From: Plasmodiophora brassicae
Taxonomy: Eukaryota
Reading direction: 5' to 3'
Assembly: GCA_036867785.1 (NCBI GenBank)
Contig: CP145415.1
Span: 124,001 to 188,000 of the forward strand
DNA length: 64,000 nucleotides
The first letter of the stretch is position 1; every line of letters starts with the position of its first letter. The position numbers and the translations under genes were made by a program. Shown here piece by piece: positions 23,968 through 33,279 of the stretch. Below the pieces are notes generated by a model. The model worked only from the letters and a program-made list of their open reading frames with translations, was not told where the DNA came from and did not search any database.

Positions 23968-25863
23968 ATGGTGAAGGGCCTAATCGTCCTGTTCCTGGTG
24001 GCTGGAGTCGCAGCCGGCGTCGCCAGTGCGTTCGACCTATGTTCGGCGGTTATGTGCTCTGGGACTGTAGTGTAGGACGCGTGGTTCAGGCGACATGTCC
24101 GACAACGGTTTTAATGGCAACCGCTTCCCTGCAGGTCAGCGACGTCCTCGGACGGCAGCAGATTCCCCAGCGTCGTCGACGGCTCATGGTTCACGTATTC
24201 GCGAGGCGTATTCGGGTTCCTGTTCCCATTTCAATGGGGCTCCGTCACGAAATTGTACGGACGACGATACGACACGCCCACTCACATTTCGAATCCCACT
24301 GATGCCATCGCTTGCGTAGGACGATCTCGGGGGTGGGCATTACCGAAATTGCCGACTCCGCGTTCAACGCCCTCACAAGCTTGACATTCTTGTACGAGGT
24401 GTTGCGCGCTTAGGCAACGTCGACATCCTGACCTCGCCGCACAGGGACTTGAGCGACAACCTGATTGCACGCATGGGTGCCGCAAGCGCGGGCCTCAGTT
24501 CTACGTTAACGACCCTGAACTTGGGTGTCAACGTCCTGCAGACAATCGATTCGACCACATGCAGTAACCTGGGCCATTTGCAGTACCTGTTGGTTTCATA
24601 TGGTGCATCCCAATTTCCCCGATATCCCTCTCATTCATGTTGCAGGAATGTTTCGAGGAACAATATCGTGACGTTCTCCGCTAACGCGTTCTTTCCGACG
24701 CCGAAGTTAACAGCAATGTACGTTCGACAGGACTGGCCGCCTAACGTATAATATCGAACACCGGTGTCAGAGACATGACGTATAACAGTATGGAGACGCT
24801 CCCTCGACGCCTGTTTTCGTCGCTGACATCCTACACGGGTGAACTGTATGTCAGCCGCGTTGCAGCGGTTCGACCAATGCCCGTTTGGGACGATGACATG
24901 TGTGGGTGCTGGACAGTGATCTGGTGGACGGGTTAGGAACGCTCACCTGCGTCCCGTTGCCGCCTCCCAGGATCGCGACCGGCAATTACCAATCCGGCGG
25001 CCTGCCCATATGCGGGACAACAACAACGGCTCCAGCAATACCACCTTTGACACCACATCCGACATTGAATCAATCTCCACAACCGCACACAGTTTCACGA
25101 AGCCCTACCGTCATAGCTCCAAGTGTCGCCCGGTCTTCCTTCCCGTCGCCATCACGTCGCCATAAGTCGTCTGGTGCGTCACACCTACCACCTCGTCGTC
25201 CCCGGTCGACCTACTCTTTAACAACAATGTCGCCTGCCACTCCGGATCAGACAGATGCCCCGATGACCTTGACTTCGAGAACAAGCCTACGCTCGTTACC
25301 CATAGTTGCAAGTCCACGACGAGCGGCGACATCCACAGCAGGGTATCCTGGATGTGTCGTGCTTGGAAATTCAGTGACCTGGTTGTGATAGGCTCAGAGA
25401 AATCGACCCACCACCATCCAGCCGGCACACGGCGTCGAGCTCGTCTGCATTTGAACTGTTGAGCGCTGCGCTTCACCCGCTATTCCTTGCTGTGGTCGGG
25501 ACTTTTAGCGCTGCTGTTGTTCTGCTGACGGCTTGCGTCTGGTGGCGAAAGACATCCGCCGCCGTACTGCATGCGCCGCGCAATGTGCTGATTCGGAGGG
25601 ATGCTCCGAATGGAGACGTTGTGACATTGATCACCAACAGGGCGATGAGCAGGACATTCTACCCAGGAGGCGTCGTTGGTGGTGCGCATGGTGCCACGAC
25701 AACCCCGACAATGCCAACGGGTACACTAGCTCCCAGAACGATGGCTACTGCTCCGTTAGGCGGCCGCACTCTTGCAACCATTGACGTCGGCGGTACACTC
25801 GCTCATCATGGGCGAGCAAGCAAGCCCGACCTGTACGTTAAAACAACCGACGGGTACGTGTAA
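23968..25863 (+). CDS. LRR / Pro-Thr mucin-stalk single-pass surface receptor, paralog D
   Basis: Signal peptide MVKGLIVLFLVAGVAAGVASA then FDLC. LRR exons at 24320-24391, 24445-24588, 24646-24717 and 24771-24845. Cap LTCVPLPPP..PICGTTT, shorter stalk, intron about 25343-25391, TM LFLAVVGTFSAAVVLLTACVWW. Confidence 0.85.
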
Positions 25864-25974
25864 TGGCAAGTACCGGAATATGGCGGGTGTCCCGCAACAC
25901 GATTGGACGGGCGGGCACCGTTCAGCACGTTTGCGCAAGGAACCACTACACGAACTGTAATGGACTTGACGTTT

Positions 25975-26698
25975 TTAATGGACCCACCTCGATGCGTTAA
26001 ACAGCCGCTCGACGCGTTTATAGCCGAGCAGCCTGGCTGTCGTCCGAGGCGACGGGAACGACGGGCACAGGGACGGCATATCAAACAGGACGGGGAGCGT
26101 GTCAGAGAACAGGCGAAAGAGCGGCAAGCGGAACTCCTCCGACGAGCTGACCCCTTGGTTTCTGTGTCAAAACAGCACGCTGGAGTCAGGATTCAGTTCC
26201 AGAAGCCGGAAGCGTCATACGGCCAGATGGCGAAGTGCAGTACATGTCGCCCGAGGAAATCGGTGGCGGTCGCCAGGAGCGGCTCGGCACGAAGAAGGAT
26301 CTCGGCGACGCCCGCCTGGTGATAGAACGCCGCGTAATGCAGCGGTGTCAGATCGACGTTCCGCTGGCGGACGTGCACGCTGGCACCCCGGGCGATCAGG
26401 TTCTGGACAAGGTCCTCGCGCGTCGCCTCATCCGGGCATAACCTACCATCTCTCTCGTCAGGTTGACACAGGCGGCAGGTGACAACGTCCAGGCAACCGG
26501 ATACCCGCTTTCAATGATGAAGAAGAGGGCTGTCCGGCCGAAATGTAGGTCGCGGTTGACCAACGATGCGTCATGGTCGAGGATGGCCTCCACGAGACGC
26601 GTCTGACATCGTATTGCTGCCAGATGCAGGTGGTCAGCACTGCCCGCGACCTGACACGCCATCGTCGCCATCACGAGCGCCCTAGCTAACGTTGTCAT
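25975..26698 (-). CDS. Small ankyrin-repeat protein with a predicted signal peptide (2 introns)
   Basis: Starts MTTLARALVMATMACQVAGS. Ankyrin-like units LHLAA..LVEAILD, GRTALF..LVQNLIARGASV, LTPLHYAA..VAEILL and DFLGRHVLHFAI. Exons join in frame. Confidence 0.75.
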
Positions 26699-27073
26699 CT
26701 TCGCCAAGCAATTGCCTCTGGGACGCGGGGTCAACCCCCATCATGATTCACGTTCGAGTGCCTTTCCGCGCCCCACAACCTGCCCGAAAGCAGTACGCGC
26801 GGGTGCTTCCCCCTGGAGAGAGAACGCAACCTCATGGCAGGGGCGGACCGGGCGCTGCTGTTGACGGTTACGACTGTGCGGGTATGGCCAAGGTGCAACC
26901 TCGTCCCCAACCCACAGATGTCTGATTCAGCCACCTTCGTCAGGGGCACTTAACCAACACCCGGATTGATCCGCGGGATTGGTCCCACGCCCAACATCAC
27001 CCCTGCTTCCGCAGCCGATTTCCACACGCGTGGGCATTAGTTGAGAGGCCAGCATAGCGATAACGATAGGAGG

Positions 27074-28992
27074 ATGACTGCACCGAAGCGCCCAGAGCGG
27101 CACCGGTCGTCGATCGACACGACGTCGAAGCTGGCGGCCGGGTTCGTCATGATCGGCATCCGCAGGCACCGCGCGCTCCTGCTGGTCTCGTCGGCCCTGA
27201 TCCTGCTGAGCGCCGCGCTGCTGTCCGCCCTCGCCTTCATCGTCGTCGGCGTGTTCGACCGGCACTTTGCGTTCGTGCCGACGCCGTTCTCGGGCAACAA
27301 CCACGCGTTTGTCCAGGTCGCCATGGGCCTGCACCTGGGCGTGTTCGCCGCCACGTTGCTCTGCACGATCGCCCTGCAGGTGTCGTCGCTGTCCACGCGT
27401 TTCATGCAGCATCGGCACGCGCTGGCGATCCCCGACCTGGTCCCGTACGTGCTGATCGGGGCGCTGACCGTCCTGACCGTGATCCTCACCGTGCTGCGCG
27501 TCGTGTTCCCTCGCCTGTGGCACATGCCCGGCATCATGGCCGGGTACCTGACCGTCGTCTGGCTGTACGTCGCCCTGCGCGTCCTGGTCGCGTCCGCCCT
27601 GTCGGGCCAGTCCATCGCCTCCGTCTACGGCTGCGTCAAGCGCAAGTACTCGGCGGACGCCTTCGACGACTTTGAGGTCGTCGTCAAGATGATGATCGCC
27701 GACCTCGCCTCGTCCGTCCACAGCCATTCCGCGCTGGACGCGTTCGAGCTCGTCCAGGCCTGGCAGCAGTACCGCATCCGGTCGAAGCAGCCGGACCTGG
27801 AGGGCGGCATGACGCGGGACGCGGGCGTCGCCGACCTGGACCCGAAGACGCTGGCGTTGTACCGTCGCGCGCTGCGATACTCGACGGACGCGTACGGCCT
27901 GTTCGCGCTGCTGCTGGACAGGATGACGAAGCCGGACCTGACCGGGTGCGGGTCGATCTGCGCGCCCCGGGAGCACCGGCGCCGGACGCGGTTCCGCGTC
28001 CTGAGCCAGATCGACGACGACGACATCATCGACGGGAACTTCACGCCGACCGTCTGCCTGCCGGCGTTCATCTGCACCGTCGACCGGCGGCGCCGCGAGG
28101 TCTGGATCAGCATCAGCGGGTCGTGCACCGTCTCGGACGTCCTGACCGACATCCGCGCCGACGCCATCGCCATCGACGCGCCGCCCGGCTTCGAGGGCGG
28201 GTACGCCCACGCCGGCATCTGGACGTCGGCGGTGAACGTGCACGACCGCCTGCGGTCCAGCAGCGACCTGGCCGCGTTCCTCGGCGAACACCCCGACTAC
28301 CGCATCATGCTGACCGGGCACTCCCTGGGCGCCGGCACCGCCACCGCCCTGCACCTGATCCTGCAGAAGCACCCGCTGGACGGCGTCACCGCCCGCCCGG
28401 TCCGGTGCGTGGCGTTCGCCTGCCCGCCAATCCGTAAGCAGCCCCGCATGTGAAACACCGCCGCCGACGTGTCGGTCTGATGATCGCGTGCGCAGTGTCG
28501 GAGGAGCTGGCGGCGCGCCCGATCCCGGACCTGGACCAGGTCTACGTGGTCGACGACGTCGTCACGCAGATGACGCTGCACGGGTTCAAACGGTTCGTCA
28601 GCGAGATGGCGGTGCTGTCGGCGGCGCTGCACGACTCGGCGGCCCGCGCCCGCATGCCGCGCCGATGGGCCTGCGCCTACGAATCGAAGCTGAGCGCCGC
28701 GCTCGCCGAGTTCCTGGACGGCCTCGACGTGGCCGCGGTCGAGCGGCAGATCGAGGAGCGCGTCGCGCGGATGGTCGACGATGAGCGGCACAGGCCGCTG
28801 TTCGCTCCCGGGCGGAAGGTGCCGCTGCGGCCCGCGAACGCCGAATGGGACCTGTCCTGGGACGACGACTACGACGGGATCCGCGCCACGCCCACCATGT
28901 TCGTCAGCCACCTGTTCGCATCGTACCACGACGCCATCGAACGCGCCACCGGCGACTGCGACCCGGGTGGGGCACCCGTGGAACGACTCTGA
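27074..28992 (+). CDS. Membrane-anchored class-3 lipase (diacylglycerol lipase-like)
   Basis: About four N-terminal TM helices, then ISISGSCTVSDVLTD, YAHAGI, lipase nucleophile motif TGHSLGAGTA and AFACPP. One intron near 28434-28495. Confidence 0.8.
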
Positions 28993-29211
28993 TCCCATGA
29001 CGGCGGTCCGCTCCTGCTATACCTATCTATCAGTACATAGTAAGACCTGCCATTGGCATCGTTCGGACCTGGCCCTCCGACGCGACGTTCGCCGACTGCC
29101 GTGGCCGGCTCAACAGGTGGGAGATGACGTGGCAGTTGGAATCGTCGGAATCAGGAGACCACGCCCATCACGATCCTCGTCGTGATGTCCCCTCGTCGAA
29201 GGGCGCACGCG

Positions 29212-31323
29212 TCACGCCCGATCGAGACGGTAGGGTGAGTCGGCGACCTTGACGGCGCGTTGGAATCGAGCGCAATCCTTGAGCCATTGCAGGGTGACGA
29301 CGGGGATGCCCTGCTTACGGGCGGTCTTGATGCGCTCCTTGGCCTTGGCGCTGGCCTCGTCGTCTTCGTTGAGGATAATGACGTCAGCGAGCTTCTGCGA
29401 AACAGACGTCAGGCGCGCCCGCGACACCAATCCGCGCATGTACTCGCCTGCTGCCGGGCGATCCGGGCACCTCCCGCGAGTATGACGCCGAGAAAGTCCT
29501 GCTTCTGCATGGGAGCGCGTCAATGCGAAGTCCATTGGCGGACGAATGTTCGGCGAACGTACATTGGGTCCAAAGTAGGCGATTCGCAGGTTGGACAGAA
29601 CGCGTTCGATCCGGATTCGAGGCGGGACGTGAGTCTGGCTGAGGCCCGGGACGCTGTTGATATCCGACGACGAGAACGGGGCCAACGGGAGGATGCGCCG
29701 CTCCTGTCGACAGGCGCTGACCCAGGTGGCGTTCACCGGCGGAACGCCTCGCAGGAGCGTGTAGACGACTTTGGCGGTCCACGTGGGGCCAGGAACGCCG
29801 TTCGTCAGCACGATACGTATGTGCTGGTCCCGATCGTCGCCGTCGTTGACGAACTCATGAATGCTGTCGTTACGGCCGACAACGCCACCCAGCGCAGCGA
29901 TTGCGTCCAGCAACGCTTGGCGTTGTTCCTGGTGGCACGTGCGGGAGAACCCGGTCGTCAGGAACGTGAAGCCGTACAGGAGCCCGGACAGGTCATCCTT
30001 CACGTTGCCGGTGCGTTGATCGTCGTCGTCGTCGTCGTCGTCATCGGGGTCATTGCTGGCGTGCGTGACGACAGGTGCGAACTTGACGCGTTTACGATTG
30101 GAGACGCGCGCGTCTTCCGCATCCTTGGACGCCACGCTGGACGATCGACGGCTCCTGGGCATCGACCGTTTCCTTCTCGTTCGCTGCCTCTCTTGCGGTT
30201 TCAGCATAGACGCCTGAATGATCTGCGTCGGCGGCGTAGCCAGGACAACGAGGTCGTCGTTGACGTCTCTCGGCACCTCGAATACAGGGTTCGTTTGGTC
30301 GACGTCGTGTGGCTGAGGTGTGCCCATGACAACAATGTGATCTGCCCATGAAGGCGCCAAACCTTGGCCGTCTTGGCTGGACACCTGCGCTTCACACGAC
30401 GACGAGGCCAACGAGCGACGCGAGCATTGCAGCAGGTCGACATCGTCTGTGTCGACCCGAACGCTGGAAGCGATTGGACCGGGCGATGATGCGGCGCACA
30501 GCGCTTGGTCGGGCCGACCGAGCAAACCGGACGACGGCGGACGGTCGTCATCATTGACAGGCACTGGTTGCGGCACATCCGCGACGACGTTGTCCCGTCC
30601 CGGCGAGGTCTCCATGCGAACCGGCTGTTCCTGCGGGACGCGTGGAGAATCCTGCAGGTTACTGGCGGGCACTGGGTGCGAACCAACGGAAGGTTTGCCC
30701 GCAGGAGGAGCCGTCACTGGTACTGCATCGTAGTGTGGCCAATGCTGTTCGCGGCGGTCGATTGATGCATGATCGGTCGACTCGGGTGATGCACTGCAAT
30801 GGTCTTCGCGTTGGCGCAACGCAGGCACAGCAGACTGCAACGCATGGAAAGGAAGCGGCTGCGATACGGCGGGAGACTGGTCGGCTCGCGCCGGCGACGT
30901 TGAGTGCGGTTGCTGCTTCTGCCGAGGATATGGCCGGATAGGAGCTGGTCCGCATGCAGCCGGAGCCCGCATCGGAGGGGAGTCGCTGAACGTGGCCGGC
31001 GGATCGTCGTCGACGGGCGACGGCAACGAGAGGTCCTCATGCAGGCACAGGTCCAGTTCGAAAAACGATCCGGAATCGTCATCGTTAACGTCATCGTCAT
31101 CATACGCGTTGTCGATTTCGTCGAGCGCCTGCGTCGCCTCAATACTGCCGACGTTCGCCGCCGCCCGCGGCGACGCGGCCGGCCCACCCGGGTGCAGGTC
31201 GGTCAGCGTGCTCAGCGACGAGCTGCACAGCGACGAGCGCGACCGGCGCAGGCCGCCCGGCGCCTCGATCCCGGGCGGGTCGACGCCCGGGCGCAGGTCC
31301 ACGCCACCGCGGGGACGCGCCAT
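29212..31323 (-). CDS. Tandem BRCT-domain protein with a long disordered N-terminus (DNA-damage checkpoint mediator-like)
   Basis: BRCT1 reads LLYGFTFLTTGF..IAALGG..TAKVVYTLLRGVPPVNATWVSAC. BRCT2 ends GIPVVTLQWLKDC. Start codon is inferred. Confidence 0.75.
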   Translation of the reverse strand: MARPRGGVDLRPGVDPPGIEAPGGLRRSRSSLCSSSLSTLTDLHPGGPAASPRAAANVGSIEATQALDEIDNAYDDDDVNDDDSGSFFELDLCLHEDLSLPSPVDDDPPATFSDSPPMRAPAACGPAPIRPYPRQKQQPHSTSPARADQSPAVSQPLPFHALQSAVPALRQREDHCSASPESTDHASIDRREQHWPHYDAVPVTAPPAGKPSVGSHPVPASNLQDSPRVPQEQPVRMETSPGRDNVVADVPQPVPVNDDDRPPSSGLLGRPDQALCAASSPGPIASSVRVDTDDVDLLQCSRRSLASSSCEAQVSSQDGQGLAPSWADHIVVMGTPQPHDVDQTNPVFEVPRDVNDDLVVLATPPTQIIQASMLKPQERQRTRRKRSMPRSRRSSSVASKDAEDARVSNRKRVKFAPVVTHASNDPDDDDDDDDDQRTGNVKDDLSGLLYGFTFLTTGFSRTCHQEQRQALLDAIAALGGVVGRNDSIHEFVNDGDDRDQHIRIVLTNGVPGPTWTAKVVYTLLRGVPPVNATWVSACRQERRILPLAPFSSSDINSVPGLSQTHVPPRIRIERVLSNLRIAYFGPNVRSPNIRPPMDFALTRSHAEAGLSRRHTRGRCPDRPAAGEYMRGLVSRARLTSVSQKLADVIILNEDDEASAKAKERIKTARKQGIPVVTLQWLKDCARFQRAVKVADSPYRLDRA

Positions 31324-31744
31324 GCGGACCTGGCGCAAGGCGCCGGACCGCCCCCGCCCATTGCGGCACGATGGGCGCCCGCCCACCCGCCACCCGCCCG
31401 CCCGTTTGCACAATGCCACACGCCATGCGCCACGTGTGCACAAGTAACATGTAACGTTCAGTAACGTGTCCGCTCCCACAACAACCTGCCGGCGCACCGG
31501 CCCGCTGCCGTGCGAGCTGCAGCATGGAGGCCGCCGCCGCCGCCGCGTCCGCGTCGCTACGCCCACCCAGGAGCTGCAAACCGCCATACCACGTCGCCAC
31601 GTCGCTGCAGGTTTCCAGCACAGCGCGTTTTATCCGACAGTGCCGGCGGGACGGTCGGGGGCGGCGGCGGCTGCAGTGCGAGCTGCACACCAGGGGGGCG
31701 GGTGGTAGCCGGCCGTTTTGGTCATTTGGGATTTTGGTCGCGCG

Positions 31745-33159
31745 ATGCCGACAGGTGCGGGTCGTGGTCGTCGTCGTCGTCGTCGTCCCGGTGGCGTTCG
31801 GCCCGTGTCGACGGTTCGTGGCGTGTGCGTCTGTCGCGCGCGACTGTGCCGATGACGTTTCGCGGGGGGTAGTACGGTGCCGGCGAGGACGATGATGAGG
31901 CGGATCCGTCGTTCTTCGAGCTGGGTGCGAAGCCGCCGCCGAAGACGACGTCCGGGGCAGAGCTGTGGCACGAGCTGCAGGCCATGCGCGATCGCGATCG
32001 TGTACGTGTCATGGAGGCCATCCAGGAACGGAACGGGGCGCATGCGCGCCCCGACTACGATCTCTGGTTCGATATGCTCAGGTACAATCGAAACCGGTTC
32101 GCGGTTCGCGCCCGCGTGACGTTCGCGTTTGCAGTACTGGGTTCAACGTTGGTGTCCATGGACTTGGGTCGAAGCGTCACGTGGTTGAAACGTTCGCCGA
32201 CGAGTTCCTCGGCGAATTGCCCTGCATCATTATATCAGGTTGATGCACCCCGTTATGGCCCCTGTGCTACGTCCTGCTAATCCCATTGGCGCATCAGGCT
32301 ATGCCGACGTGTTCTGCTTGTCGACATTGCTGTCCATCATCGCGGCACGGGTTGCAGACACGTCTGTGACGAGAAGGGATCCGTTCAAGTCGGCTCGCGC
32401 AATTGCCAGAGCGCTGGATGACAGCCAGACCGATATGTACCTCGTCGTGCATAACCTGGACGGACCGCGATTTCGGACGCCCAAGATTCAGACTACGCTG
32501 AGCATCCTGGCGTCGTCGCCGCGGATTCGTGTACTCGCTTCGATCGATCACTGTCGGGTGCCGCTGCGTATGGGACATTGCTACGAGATTGCTGGGAACC
32601 ATACTCTTATTTTCCTTGTGCAGTATGGGATTCTGCCACAGCGGGTGCATTCGGGTTTGTCTACGTGACTGTGGACACCCTCCTTCCTTACATTAGCGAG
32701 ACGGCGAATGCCGACGCTGTCCTGAGGCAAAGGCGGAAGAAGAAGGAGGGCAAATGTATTCCGCAACCGTCAGTATTCATCGTCGGATTGTAACTGTATC
32801 CTTCAGACGATGGGGCTCCGCTGGCCAGTGTCGGCCACATTATGGCTGTTCTGACAAATAGGCAAAATCGCGCTCTACGTGAACTGGCGGTCGAAGGCGG
32901 CGCACGCGGCCTGACGTTCGAAGATTGGCGGGAGTTTGCATTGGTCCACTCGGAGAGGGAGTTCAAGACGATCGTGTCCGACCTGCACTTCCACCACCTG
33001 TTACGGGAATCGAAAGACCCAGATACAGGTGCACTGCTCTACACGGTTGGTCGTGCTGCATGTCGTTCATGTGCGCTGTGGTGGTTGACTGGTCTCTATC
33101 AGTTGAATGTTGAGGATGCGGTCGTTCAGTCAGACATCGTCCCATGGGAAGAGCAATAG
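31745..33159 (+). CDS. ORC2: Origin recognition complex subunit 2 (multi-exon; start uncertain)
   Basis: W..ML/GFNVGVHGLGSKR, LVVHNLDGPRFR..QTTLSILA..IRVLASIDH..PL/WD, F.YVTVDTLLPY..ET and a C-terminal winged-helix-like segment match ORC2. Confidence 0.85.
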
Positions 33160-33279
33160 GGATGGTCGTTGCACTGATGGGTCGTGAAAATCGGTGTTCA
33201 ATGAATGCGTATCCACTTTGTATCCAAGTACGTTCATGAGCATAACGAAGCATGAGCGCAGACGACAACATCATCTTTA

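Noticed and set aside
16766-25863. True homology of the LRR array to vertebrate VLR/TLR or plant receptor kinases, or a somatic-rearrangement cassette locus
   Set aside because: There is no TIR or kinase domain and no GPI-type end. All four genes are complete, with no orphan LRR cassettes or recombinase in the window. The resemblance is architectural only.
26927-28372. Long antisense ORFs (for example 26927-28372, 3643-4938, 29260-30351, 53308-54093)
   Set aside because: These are shadows of GC3-rich genes on the opposite strand; stop codons are rare in such sequence.
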